Shown: positions 47,145-57,815 of the stretch, piece after piece
Numbering within the stretch: position 1 is the first letter of the stretch
How the letters are laid out: each line of letters starts with the position of its first letter
DNA from: a virus
Reading direction: 5' to 3' (one strand)
DNA length: 64,000 nucleotides
IMG/VR virus record: IMGVR_UViG_3300022752_005671
Location: 32,001 to 96,000 of that record
Program-made: the position numbers and the translations under genes
The notes under the pieces: generated by a model
Databases searched by the model: none
What the model saw: the letters and a program-made list of their open reading frames with translations, nothing else
What the model was told of the DNA's origin: nothing

Positions 47145-50100
47145 ATGTTAAAAACAGTAAGAACAACCAGATCTCCTGCAATTTTAGGAAATGTTTCTGT
47201 CCAACCAAGGCCGACTCAAACAACTTCAACTGGAACAACTACTCAAACAACTGCAAGCGGTACAGCTGTTCAAACTTCAACAGGAACGACTACTCAAGTA
47301 CCGACTACTGGTACTACTACTCAAACTTCTTCATCTGGAACCACGAAACCTAAAAAAAATCAAAAAGCACAACAAGCTTCTCAATCGCAAACGAACGCTA
47401 GTCAACCCCCTAAAGATGCTATAAAAGGTCCTTCTACCGATATAGGAACTCCGCAAGCTTTACCGCCGCCTTTGAATCCAGAATCTCCAGAATATAAAGC
47501 AGGAATAGCTTTTTATCGACCTGAAATCATTTCTTTAACAAATTTTACCCCTCTTTACGATGAGCAAGGAAATTCTACAGAATATGGAGAATTATTCGAC
47601 GCTTTGATAGAAACACTAAGAAAAACAGATATAGATGCAAGAAATTTTATTGAATCTTCTCCTCAACAGCAACAATTGATATTGCAAAATAATGAAAAAC
47701 TAAAAAAAGAACTTGATGAATTAAATTCAAACTTTAAACAATTAGCATCACATATTAGATATTTTGCTACATTAATAAATCGTTATAATCCAAGAACTTA
47801 TAAATTTTCTCCTCAAGAAATTTTATCTTCGTTATTTAGTGATAGAAATTCTTATACAAACTATTCATCATTAGTTTCATATGTTGAAAAAATGCAATCA
47901 ACTTATGATTTAGCATTAGCTAATAGCGAAGCAAAAAGAACACTTTCTAATCCTACATTAGAAGATATAAGAAATTTTAGTATGACTAAGCTGTGGGTAG
48001 AGTCAATTGAAAAAATGAAACAATTGATTTTTTCTCATAGTACAAAAAACATGGATCAAAAATTTGCAGATGCGATTCTTTTAGGTGCGTATTCCGACTT
48101 AAAATCTTCTGGAAGAATTACCGTTGATTCTCTTCTTGAATCGACAGGTAAAGGATCATTGATGTTTTCTAGTTTAATGAAAAAAAGGTTTTCATTTGTT
48201 CCCGTAGTTTATGCAAGTAATCCGCAATATAGTCAAAATGTTTACGGAAGCGCAACAATGTTGCATGTCTTATTGAAAGAAATTAGACAAAGAATGATCC
48301 TTCAAGCAATCGGTCAAACAAACTTTGATTTGGCTACAAGAAATGCAAAAGTTAATTCTTCAATAATAGACAAGTATGCTACTTCACAAGGAACATACGT
48401 TCAAAGATTTACTCCATTCGAGGGAAATAAACTTTATGATTTAGGGGTTTTTGCTGATATTAATAATAGAAATAACAATGTTTTTGCGCTAGAACCTGGA
48501 AGTCTTCAAAATAATAATGTAAGTGGATTCAAGTATTTTTTTGAGCAATTAGGAACAGAATTATTTTATTCAAGCGCTGGGACTACAGACATTATCTCTT
48601 CAAACGTTACTAAAATAGATGATTATTTATCATTTTTGAATAAAACTTACGATAATTTTTTAAATTATATAAAAAATTCTGGTGTTTTACCAATTGATCA
48701 AACTAATCTTTCTACTTCTTTTTCCTTGGATCCAATTCAATTTTTTGAAAATGAAATTTATAGCAAGTTTGTCGATGCAACAGGAAAATCAAAAATAGAA
48801 AAAGATTTGAGATTACAATCTGATGCAGAAAAGAGAGTAGGAACACCCGACGCAATAATATTAGGGTTATTTTTCTTAGCTTCAGGTGCACCTTCTTCAA
48901 TGGACATAATGAAACCGACGGACGTAAGAAGAAAGCAACGCCGTTTAGAGATACAACGAATTAATACCAGCGAAGATGTGAGGTATTTTGATTATAAAGT
49001 TACAGCCCGCGATTTAGTTAATGTTGAAGGAGGAGCACAAGCGTTTCTTACTTCAGAAATTAGAACTGCACTATACAATTATATAACAAGTAGAGTTCAA
49101 TCAGATGAAACTAACTTAGAGCCTGATAAAAATGTTTTATATATGATAAATGATACTCTAACTAACATAGCAGATGTTGTTGGAACAGGATTAGACGTCG
49201 GATTCGAGTTCGGAAAAAATTCTTATAATAGTGCCGTTGATAAAGGCAACGACGTATACTATAATGGACAAAATTTAGGTAAAGCCACTGAAGACGGAGA
49301 GATTAATTCTGTAATTGTTGCAGTTCGTAAAGACGGAGAAGGTGATCAAAATTATGGTTATGAATCAGCTTATGTAGGTCCTGATAAGTCTGGAGATAAC
49401 GCTTCATTCAGATATTCTGTTCCCGGTGATGATATTCAAATTTCAGCAATATGGGACATGGTTCCTTTTGATGGTGCAAATCTAACAAGAGATGATCCTG
49501 CTTATTTTATACATATGAGAAAATATTTTGCAGAATCAGAATTTATGACTTTGATAGTCGAAATTATGAAACCTTTCATTCAAAATGAAGTTTTTAGAGA
49601 TTTTGCGCCAATCATGTTCGATTTAATTTGTACGTTTTTAGGTCTATTTACTCCAATCAATGATATAAGAGTATACATCGATGACTGGTATTACGATCCT
49701 GATAACAGTGCAGCTTCAAAAGATGTTTTTAACATTACCGAACATTTAAAAAGCGCGTTAGTTTTTACTGCAAATTTATCAAAACCTGCAGAAGGAGGAG
49801 CTGGAGTTTCTGCTATTAAGTCTTCTATTGATAATTGCCTCATTTCAGAAACGACAACATTGATTGGGTTAATATTTTCAGTATTAGACATTCTTAGTAA
49901 GCAAAGAAATATCTTGACTCAGGTAAAAGAAAAAATAAATGCATTTTCCCAAGTTTCTCAAACAATCGGAAAATACGTCGATAATGATCCAAGAAAATTT
50001 GCTTTGTTATTTAATGAAAGACAAATATCTTCAACATTAAATTCTTTTCAAGATTTTTATGATTCATATAGCTCATTTTTTGCTGAAAACAAAGGTGTAA

Positions 50101-51131
50101 CTCCTTCTACAGAAATTTTTGACAAGTATTTAAATAGATTAAGTTATTCTCCAAAAATGGTTTCTATATTGAGACAATTTTTTAAAAACGAAGAATACAC
50201 TTCAAAAAAAGGTTACAATAAGCAAATTTTAACAGTTGGAATTCCTCAAGGATTAATTTCAGAATTAAATAAAAAACTACTTCAAAAGATACCTAATCCT
50301 TCTATAACAAAAAATGTAACTAATATCGTATTTAAAATACTTTTATATAAAGTAGATTTATTAAATGATGATTTAATTTTCTTACCAAAAAAGTTTTTAT
50401 TTGAAATTTCAAGATTTAACGTAAAAAATTATTCAAAAATTAGTGATATAAATTCTGCTCAATTGAACTTTTCAGGATTTGAAAATTCATTACCAACATT
50501 ATTTTCAACGAGAAGTTTCCAAGTTTTTAACACAGATTTAAATTCTAATTCTACAGATTTGTTCTTTGAAAACAAGCCTACAGCTTCATCATTAACTCCA
50601 TTTTCTACTGGTAACCAAATCGTTGACTCGAATGTTTATTCTTCAGGATTAACAGAAAAAGAAAAAATAGAAATTTTAAACAATCATTCTTTAAGTTTCG
50701 TTTTAGAAAATTATTTGAATTTACTTTCTGGAATGAATTTTACAGAAGATACTTTCCCTTTATTGGATCTAGCTGATTTAAATTCATTGTTTAGAGAGCT
50801 TGTTACGCCTAACATGCAACCTTATCAAAAGGCTATTCAAACAGCACTTAGTCAAAGCCCTTCAGACGTAAATCCTTATCTAAAAAGGATAATATCTCCC
50901 AAGGTTTTTGATAGAGTATTCAACATAATATTTGATCCAGATTCATTTATTGTTGATAATCAAAAGACTAATATCAGCATTAGAAATAGTATGGTACAAA
51001 AAGGTATTATAGAAGAAGTTTCTGCGCCCTCGCTTGACGGAAAAACGTATTATAAAAACGTTGAAAAATCTTTTAGAGATCCTACACTAAATTCTTATTT
51101 TATCAATATTGAGTCTTATTCTATTCTTTAA
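47145..51131 (+). CDS. Large probable virion protein (1328 aa) with an N-terminal Thr/Ser-rich repeat
   Basis: Size, context and mucin-like N-terminal repeats. Confidence 0.45.
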   Translation: MLKTVRTTRSPAILGNVSVQPRPTQTTSTGTTTQTTASGTAVQTSTGTTTQVPTTGTTTQTSSSGTTKPKKNQKAQQASQSQTNASQPPKDAIKGPSTDIGTPQALPPPLNPESPEYKAGIAFYRPEIISLTNFTPLYDEQGNSTEYGELFDALIETLRKTDIDARNFIESSPQQQQLILQNNEKLKKELDELNSNFKQLASHIRYFATLINRYNPRTYKFSPQEILSSLFSDRNSYTNYSSLVSYVEKMQSTYDLALANSEAKRTLSNPTLEDIRNFSMTKLWVESIEKMKQLIFSHSTKNMDQKFADAILLGAYSDLKSSGRITVDSLLESTGKGSLMFSSLMKKRFSFVPVVYASNPQYSQNVYGSATMLHVLLKEIRQRMILQAIGQTNFDLATRNAKVNSSIIDKYATSQGTYVQRFTPFEGNKLYDLGVFADINNRNNNVFALEPGSLQNNNVSGFKYFFEQLGTELFYSSAGTTDIISSNVTKIDDYLSFLNKTYDNFLNYIKNSGVLPIDQTNLSTSFSLDPIQFFENEIYSKFVDATGKSKIEKDLRLQSDAEKRVGTPDAIILGLFFLASGAPSSMDIMKPTDVRRKQRRLEIQRINTSEDVRYFDYKVTARDLVNVEGGAQAFLTSEIRTALYNYITSRVQSDETNLEPDKNVLYMINDTLTNIADVVGTGLDVGFEFGKNSYNSAVDKGNDVYYNGQNLGKATEDGEINSVIVAVRKDGEGDQNYGYESAYVGPDKSGDNASFRYSVPGDDIQISAIWDMVPFDGANLTRDDPAYFIHMRKYFAESEFMTLIVEIMKPFIQNEVFRDFAPIMFDLICTFLGLFTPINDIRVYIDDWYYDPDNSAASKDVFNITEHLKSALVFTANLSKPAEGGAGVSAIKSSIDNCLISETTTLIGLIFSVLDILSKQRNILTQVKEKINAFSQVSQTIGKYVDNDPRKFALLFNERQISSTLNSFQDFYDSYSSFFAENKGVTPSTEIFDKYLNRLSYSPKMVSILRQFFKNEEYTSKKGYNKQILTVGIPQGLISELNKKLLQKIPNPSITKNVTNIVFKILLYKVDLLNDDLIFLPKKFLFEISRFNVKNYSKISDINSAQLNFSGFENSLPTLFSTRSFQVFNTDLNSNSTDLFFENKPTASSLTPFSTGNQIVDSNVYSSGLTEKEKIEILNNHSLSFVLENYLNLLSGMNFTEDTFPLLDLADLNSLFRELVTPNMQPYQKAIQTALSQSPSDVNPYLKRIISPKVFDRVFNIIFDPDSFIVDNQKTNISIRNSMVQKGIIEEVSAPSLDGKTYYKNVEKSFRDPTLNSYFINIESYSIL
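47217..47345 (+). repeat. Five degenerate ~9-aa repeats (QTTSTGTTT-like)
   Basis: QTTSTGTTT / QTTASGTAV / QTSTGTTT / QVPTTGTTT / QTSSSGTT. Confidence 0.85.
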
Positions 51132-51153
51132 ATAATTAAATTAATAAATAAAA

Positions 51154-53082
51154 ATGGCAATAGTATCATCAATACCTTCTAAAGTTATTTATTCAGTCGA
51201 CGTTCCAGAAGTCGATAAGTTTAAAACAGAATTCATATACAATTACTTTGTTCCAGATGAATCGGTTCAAGATTATAAAGAAAGTAGAGATGGGTTGAAC
51301 ATCTTAGCGGATAAAATGAATTTATCTTATGATGTTTTAAAACAACCAGGTAATTTAGTAGAAGGGTATTTAAATACCAATAATAGAATTTCAGATTTAA
51401 AAAAAATTCCAAGATATGTAAAGCTTACGTGGTCGAATAACTTTAAGTTTTTATCCAATAAGAATGATCTAAATAGTTCTAAAGAAACTTCTACTTTAAA
51501 AAATGCTAAAGGTAAAACATCAACAAAATCTTCGGATAAAACAGCATTGAATAAAGAGGCTATTTTTAATAAAGTTATTAAAGAAGATGAATTTGCAAGC
51601 AGTTATTACACTGCAATTCAATTTAATAATCATAATTTATCGCAACAAATTTCTTCAATATTTAACGATATTGGAACAGACGATGATCTTAGAGACAACT
51701 TTCCAAGAAAAGTTGCCGCTTCAAACCAGGTATTTGATGAATCTAATACCAAGCTTCAAGCTTCGATGGCGGCTGTAGCATATCAAAAAGAAGGGCTTGA
51801 GTTAAAAAAGCGAGTTGAAGATGATTATCTAAAAAAGATAAATTCTACAAAATTTTATTCACAAATTAATAATAATTTTTTATATTCTTTAATTTCAGAA
51901 GCATTATCTAATTCAAGTCCAAATAATTCTTTTCATGATGGCTTTAAAAACTATGCCCAATCAGTTGTAAAGCTAGACACAAATTACAAACTTACAAACG
52001 ATGAATATAAGGCTTCTATACCGTATCATACTACTTATCAAAATGATTTAAGATCTAATCTTGATAATGACGCAACATTTTCAGTCGCGGGGTATGTAAT
52101 AGAAAAGTTTGAATTATTTCCTGATAACAAAATTAATAAATTTGATCCTATAGTAATAGAAGGTGGAGCCAACAGCGGATACATAGATTTTCAAATCAGA
52201 TATGGAGCTATATACGTTTATAGCATAAGAACGATACTTGATGTAACTTATAATGCGATAGACAATAGCAATTTTAAATTTGTTAGAGTTGGATCTTATC
52301 TTTCGTCAAAAGAAACTTCAATAACAGTTCAAACAATTGAACATGTAGCACCTCCGCCTCCTGCTGATTTTAAGATTATTTGGGATTACGATAGATTTAA
52401 TCAAAATACTGTTATATTCGATCATGAAAATAATAGACCATTCCCAGATACTGGAGTAAGAGGGTCATTAATGTTAGCATGGTCTATGCCAGTTAATTCT
52501 CAAATGGACATAAAAAAGTTTCAAGTTTTTAGAAGAAAATCTTTAGATGATCCATTTGAATTGATAAAAATGTATGATTTTGATGATTCTTTTGTTAAGT
52601 TTATTCCTCTTGAAGATAGAGTTTCTAATAATTTAATTTCTACTTCTGAAGATCCATTTTTGTATTTTTATGATGACGATTTTTATAAAAACTCTGAATA
52701 CATTTACGCAATTGCTTCAATTGATGCTCATGGACTAACATCAAATTATTCAGAACAATTTAAAATAACTTTTAATTCTTTTTCTAACAAATTAGAAAAA
52801 ACGTTGGTATCTATTTCTGGAGCTCCAAAATCATACCCAAATCTTTATTTAGAAAAAGATTTATTTGTAGACACTATCAAAACGTCCAACAAGAACATTA
52901 TGAATATCTATTTAAATCCAGATTGTATTAGGATTAATACTCGTGAAAACAGCCATCAAGAAGTTTTACAAATGAAAACTTCAAGTCAAAAAGCAAATAT
53001 TAAGTATTGCATTAATGTTATTAACACGGACGTTCAAAAAAGCCGTCAGCTTAATATAAACGTTTCGAAAAAAGTATTTTAA
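51154..53082 (+). CDS. Probable virion protein with FN3-like segments
   Basis: YIDFQIRYGAIYVYSIRT, PPPPADF, LAWSMP...KFQVFRR, FYDDDF...YIYAIASIDAHG.TSNYS. Confidence 0.55.
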   Translation: MAIVSSIPSKVIYSVDVPEVDKFKTEFIYNYFVPDESVQDYKESRDGLNILADKMNLSYDVLKQPGNLVEGYLNTNNRISDLKKIPRYVKLTWSNNFKFLSNKNDLNSSKETSTLKNAKGKTSTKSSDKTALNKEAIFNKVIKEDEFASSYYTAIQFNNHNLSQQISSIFNDIGTDDDLRDNFPRKVAASNQVFDESNTKLQASMAAVAYQKEGLELKKRVEDDYLKKINSTKFYSQINNNFLYSLISEALSNSSPNNSFHDGFKNYAQSVVKLDTNYKLTNDEYKASIPYHTTYQNDLRSNLDNDATFSVAGYVIEKFELFPDNKINKFDPIVIEGGANSGYIDFQIRYGAIYVYSIRTILDVTYNAIDNSNFKFVRVGSYLSSKETSITVQTIEHVAPPPPADFKIIWDYDRFNQNTVIFDHENNRPFPDTGVRGSLMLAWSMPVNSQMDIKKFQVFRRKSLDDPFELIKMYDFDDSFVKFIPLEDRVSNNLISTSEDPFLYFYDDDFYKNSEYIYAIASIDAHGLTSNYSEQFKITFNSFSNKLEKTLVSISGAPKSYPNLYLEKDLFVDTIKTSNKNIMNIYLNPDCIRINTRENSHQEVLQMKTSSQKANIKYCINVINTDVQKSRQLNINVSKKVF

Positions 53083-53148
53083 ATCTATTATAAAAATAGT
53101 TAGAAAATTTACTTTTGATTATAGTTACTGTAGATTTATTGAGGAAGT

Positions 53149-53880
53149 ATGGGATTTCTTGATCATAGCACAAATAATATAATTTTAGATGCAGTACTAA
53201 CAGATACCGGTCGTCAATTTTTATCAAAAAATGATGGCTCTTTTAGCATTTTTAAGTTTGCTTTAGGAGACGATGAAGTCAATTATAATCTTATTAAAAA
53301 GTATGGTCGAAGTGTAGGAAGGGAAAAAATAGAAAAAAATACTCCTATATTTGAAGGGCTAACAAATCAATCTCAAGCTCAAAAATGTAAATTAATCAGC
53401 GTTTCAAATCCAAATTTAATAAGATTACCAAACCTTACGTTTACTGGTGATTCTTCTGTTAGCTCAGGAGAAGTTACCTTGTATAATATCGGAGGAACAA
53501 GAGGATTAAAGACAAGCGCTACGATGACTCTAGAACAAACTATTTTGAATGAACAGTTTGTTGATGTAGAGCTGAGAGATCAAATATATTCAGTAGATGT
53601 TCCTAATTTATTTTTACGAGTAAACGAAGGTAGAGTAACTCCAAACAACATTGATAATCAACAAAGAGCTTATTACATGTTGACTAGAACGGGATCTTCC
53701 GCAACGTCTGGCGGGTCTACTTTAACATTTAGTATTTCTGTTAAGTCTTTAACTCAAACTTTATATGACGTTTACGGAGTAGGAACTTCAAAAAACGTAA
53801 TTAAAACTTACGTTAGAGTAACAGGAATGCAGTCAGGTACAGTTAAAGATATTGCTGTCAATATCAATCAAACAACATAA
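53149..53880 (+). CDS. Probable tail/baseplate structural protein
   Basis: AVLTDTGRQFL...FKFALGDDEVNY resembles the N-terminus of tail-collar/fibre-type (DUF3751-like) proteins. Confidence 0.55.
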   Translation: MGFLDHSTNNIILDAVLTDTGRQFLSKNDGSFSIFKFALGDDEVNYNLIKKYGRSVGREKIEKNTPIFEGLTNQSQAQKCKLISVSNPNLIRLPNLTFTGDSSVSSGEVTLYNIGGTRGLKTSATMTLEQTILNEQFVDVELRDQIYSVDVPNLFLRVNEGRVTPNNIDNQQRAYYMLTRTGSSATSGGSTLTFSISVKSLTQTLYDVYGVGTSKNVIKTYVRVTGMQSGTVKDIAVNINQTT

Positions 53881-53892
53881 GAATAAAATAAA

Positions 53893-55107
53893 ATGGCGAC
53901 ATATAAAAATATAGAACCCTCAGATGTAAAAACTGCTAGATCTTTTTTAAGTCAGCTAATTGACGTTATCCAAGAAGACATCAGCGGATCTTCTTCTAGA
54001 AGAAAATATCAAGTTTTCGTTACTGGAGGAATTGGACCAGGCATTACTTCATCTTTGTTTCAAACGGTATATGATCAAGATTTTACGTTACAAACAGCAA
54101 ATCAAGTTTTTGATTGTACAATAGGGTTATTTCAAAACTCTAATATTGTATCTTCTTCTTTGGCTGGTATAGATGCAGTAGGAAAAGAATTATTCCCATC
54201 TTCTTCTTTAATGATGAGAGAAAAGATGGATAATTATCGACAGTTTTCACAAACTCTTTTAGGAGATTCAAACTCTCAATTTTCAGCTCCATATAATTCT
54301 CAAGATGTTAATGATAAAATTGACGCAGCATTTTTTATTGCATTTAAGAGATTATTTGCAAGAGATCAAATTAAACGTGAATCTTTTGCGATGAGATTTT
54401 ATCAGTCAGCATCTCTTACTAGCGTCGACGGCTTAGGGTATCCAGATAAACAAAACATGTATATTACTTCTGAGTCAGGAGTTTCAATATATGCTGATAT
54501 AGGTTCTTCAAATGAAAGATTCACCACGTTTGGAGGTCAACTAGGAAACATTGTTGATTCAGCAGACACGACTAGAACGGTCGGATTAATGTTCTATGAT
54601 AGAGGAATTGCCGTTTTTGATCTTGAAAAAATTGTTTCAGGATCTCAATTTATATCCGGAACGATTGACGCAATGGCTCCCACTGGATATACAATACTTG
54701 GAAATTATAATACTGAAACTGCAAGAACTTCTAAATTTATTCCTGATTTTATTGTTTCTGCATCAATTGATAACGTAGTTGATCATATTTGTTCTACACG
54801 CTTTAGCTCAGGATCTCAAACTGCAATAACATTCCAAAACACAACGAATATTAATAGTACGTTAATATTCTGTAGAGCTGGTGCGGATGAATTCAACTAT
54901 TCTTCAAATCCAACATTCACAGATTCAAATAATAGAATAGTTGTCATAGATCCTGGAAATGAAGACACACAACAAACATTTACTTTTATTACATCAGTCG
55001 GATTATATGATGCAAATGATAACTTACTAGCTGTAGCTAAGTTAAGTCGTCCTGTTGAAAAGAGTCCTGAAAGGGATTTGACATTTAGAGTTCGATTAGA
55101 TTTTTGA
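53893..55107 (+). CDS. Probable tail/baseplate structural protein
   Basis: C-terminal FITSVGLYDANDNLLAVAKLSRPVEK...FRVRLDF, shared with the next gene. Confidence 0.55.
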   Translation: MATYKNIEPSDVKTARSFLSQLIDVIQEDISGSSSRRKYQVFVTGGIGPGITSSLFQTVYDQDFTLQTANQVFDCTIGLFQNSNIVSSSLAGIDAVGKELFPSSSLMMREKMDNYRQFSQTLLGDSNSQFSAPYNSQDVNDKIDAAFFIAFKRLFARDQIKRESFAMRFYQSASLTSVDGLGYPDKQNMYITSESGVSIYADIGSSNERFTTFGGQLGNIVDSADTTRTVGLMFYDRGIAVFDLEKIVSGSQFISGTIDAMAPTGYTILGNYNTETARTSKFIPDFIVSASIDNVVDHICSTRFSSGSQTAITFQNTTNINSTLIFCRAGADEFNYSSNPTFTDSNNRIVVIDPGNEDTQQTFTFITSVGLYDANDNLLAVAKLSRPVEKSPERDLTFRVRLDF

Positions 55108-55185
55108 TTTTTTATTATTGCTTTTTGCCATAATAAAATGTCATGTCATCATATTTTTAATGATGTATAATTACTTGAGAATTAG

Positions 55186-57813
55186 ATGTCCATTTTTAAA
55201 GTTAATCCTACTGATTTTCAAAGTATAACAGTAACTACTAATCCATTTAGACATTATTCATCTAGTTCTAAAGGAACGACTGGTTCTATACTTTTATTTT
55301 CAAAAGAAAATAAAGTTGAAAAAGATGTTGAAGAAAGTAATTTATTATCTTTTAATGAGTCAACTTTTGCTAACAGTTTGGTAAATTTAACAAAAAAAAC
55401 CTTAGGATCTAAGGGGAATATTTATCCTTCATTAGCAGGTTTTTTAGATTCTGTTAATAAATTAAGTCTTACTGAAAAGAATAAAAAAGTTTTAAACATA
55501 GTTAGATTTACTCCGACAACTCATTTTACTTCAGGGACATTAAAAAAACTCTTAATAAAAGACAATCTATCAACCTATTATAGATGTAGATATCCTTCTT
55601 CAAATTGGGGATATTCAAATTATCATAGTTTAAATTTCTTTTCGTCTTCCACTGTCCCTACATCTTCAGTTCTTTTATATCCAAACATAGATGATGGAAG
55701 AATGCCGTCTGGATATGCTCCAGGTAGATATGCCGTCAGCGGCGCATTTAGCTTTGATTTTTATATTAATCCAAGATATAGAACTTTAGATTCTAAAGGG
55801 CATTTTAAAGCTGGAACTATTTTTCATTTATCTTCAAGTTATGCTTTATCATTAGTGACAGGTTCAGAAAAAGATGTTAATGGATTACCTGCAGCATTTC
55901 GTTTGCAACTACAATTAAGTCATAGCGCAGATATTCCCCCATCATTGGCAATTGCAGGATCTTCTCCTAAAAATTTTATATTTTTATCAAACGACAATGC
56001 TTTAAAATGGAATCATTGGCATCATGTAGTCGTTCGTTGGGGAACAAATTTAATTAATAATGGAACTGGGTCTTTTAACATCGATGGAGTTGATAAGGGT
56101 ACTTTCGTTGTACCTTCTTCTTCTATTGCTTTTAAAACCACATCGATTCACATACCTTATGCTTTATGCATTGGAAATTTTTATGAAGGAAGAAATAATA
56201 GTACAGCAGAAAGTCAGTCTCAGTTTTTCAATGCTTCAGCATATTATGAAGGTACCAGCCGTGTAGCAAGGTTAATCACTGAAAATTATGTTAACCCAAC
56301 AAATTTTTCTTTTAATCATCCTCTTCAAGCTGAACTGCATGATCTTTCAATAAAGAGATTTTATGTAAATGATTTTGACATAATTTCTTCAAGCTCTACT
56401 GGAATTACAAATTTTAATAATGTTTGTTTTTATGTTCCTCCGTTTTTTACTATGGATTCTCCTATAAAGGTGGGAACATCTGCAGCAACAGTGAACACTA
56501 CAGTCGGGGTTCCTTATTCTCTTTCTTATGCAGCTCCCGGGATAACTACGACACCATTTAATACGTGGCTGGCATTTGGTGTGAATGGACATTACATTAA
56601 TACTGAAAATTTTCTAAAAGATTTTGCTCCCGTGTTTAATCCTGGAATTTCTACAGTGTTTAATACTCCTTCCGACAAACAAGGTATTTTCCCAAGACAA
56701 TATTCGTTGTCAGCTTCATTAGTTCAAGTAGGATCTAATATTGGAAAAACTGCAAATGAAATTTTGTATAGTCAACCCTCAGTTAGAAAAAGAAATTTAA
56801 CGATACTGCCATGTGATGACGGTAATTTTTATCCAAATTATGATATTTTACTAACTTCATCATTAAGAGTTTTAACATATAGAGATGTTGAAACATTTAA
56901 TCAAAATCCATCTGACATTTTTTATACTGACGATTTACTTAAAAAATCTCCTGGATTTATAAGCTTAAATTTTAATAAGAATAAATTTGATATGATTTTT
57001 AGCGGATCAAGATTTAATTCTACGATTCCTATTGATCAAACAGCTAACAAAATAGTTAAAACAGCAATTTCAAAAGAAGAAGAATGGTCTAATGACAATG
57101 TCGGTTTCTATCCTGAAAAGCCAACAGGGCTAGCAAAATCTCAAATTATAAAAAAATTCCAACAATTTCGTTCTTTAGCAAGAAGCACTTTTAATAAAGT
57201 TACTTCATCAGATAGATTTTTTGTTACGCAAAGTCAATTTCCTCTTTCAATTCCTGTAAGAACTCAAGATATATCGTCAAATCAAGTTACGTTTTTTGAT
57301 ATAAGCAATTTATTTTATGGAATGAATATTGAACCAGGTAGCTTTACTATTACTGATTCTGCCATGACGGGATCAGGAGGTTCAGTAAGTATTACTATAA
57401 AAGATGATGGAAATGGAACTCTTTATAGAGCTGATTCATTGACGCCACATTGTACGTGGAATTCAGTTGGAACGATTTATTATGATGAAGGAATTATTGC
57501 AATTAAAAATCCTCATTTGTATTTCTTCGGTCAAGATCAATATGAATTATCTTTTAGGGGAGAACAAAATTTGCATATTCTGAGAGTAGAGACCGCAGCT
57601 CCAACAAATTATTTAAATTCTTCTTCTAATCCTTCATATGCAAACGTTCCATCAACTTTGCGTTTAAACGAATTTGATAAAGACTTTGTTTACATAACGG
57701 GAATAAATTATCATGATGATAACTTAAATGTCATTATGAAAACTCAACTAGCACAGCCAATAATGAAAAGACCTTCAGAAAAAATGTTGTTCCGCGTTAA
57801 GTTTGATTTTTAA
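55186..57813 (+). CDS. Probable virion protein with a LamG/concanavalin-A-like domain
   Basis: FSFDFYINP...GTIFH...WNHWHHVVVRW...FNIDGVDKG; C-terminal YITGINYHDDNLNVIMKTQLAQPIMKR...FRVKFDF. Confidence 0.6.
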   Translation: MSIFKVNPTDFQSITVTTNPFRHYSSSSKGTTGSILLFSKENKVEKDVEESNLLSFNESTFANSLVNLTKKTLGSKGNIYPSLAGFLDSVNKLSLTEKNKKVLNIVRFTPTTHFTSGTLKKLLIKDNLSTYYRCRYPSSNWGYSNYHSLNFFSSSTVPTSSVLLYPNIDDGRMPSGYAPGRYAVSGAFSFDFYINPRYRTLDSKGHFKAGTIFHLSSSYALSLVTGSEKDVNGLPAAFRLQLQLSHSADIPPSLAIAGSSPKNFIFLSNDNALKWNHWHHVVVRWGTNLINNGTGSFNIDGVDKGTFVVPSSSIAFKTTSIHIPYALCIGNFYEGRNNSTAESQSQFFNASAYYEGTSRVARLITENYVNPTNFSFNHPLQAELHDLSIKRFYVNDFDIISSSSTGITNFNNVCFYVPPFFTMDSPIKVGTSAATVNTTVGVPYSLSYAAPGITTTPFNTWLAFGVNGHYINTENFLKDFAPVFNPGISTVFNTPSDKQGIFPRQYSLSASLVQVGSNIGKTANEILYSQPSVRKRNLTILPCDDGNFYPNYDILLTSSLRVLTYRDVETFNQNPSDIFYTDDLLKKSPGFISLNFNKNKFDMIFSGSRFNSTIPIDQTANKIVKTAISKEEEWSNDNVGFYPEKPTGLAKSQIIKKFQQFRSLARSTFNKVTSSDRFFVTQSQFPLSIPVRTQDISSNQVTFFDISNLFYGMNIEPGSFTITDSAMTGSGGSVSITIKDDGNGTLYRADSLTPHCTWNSVGTIYYDEGIIAIKNPHLYFFGQDQYELSFRGEQNLHILRVETAAPTNYLNSSSNPSYANVPSTLRLNEFDKDFVYITGINYHDDNLNVIMKTQLAQPIMKRPSEKMLFRVKFDF

Positions 57814-57815
57814 AA

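Noticed and set aside
55110-55138. TTTTATTAT...ATAATAAAA inverted repeat as a terminator
   Set aside because: The stem is almost all A/T with no downstream U-tract; too weak in this AT-rich background.
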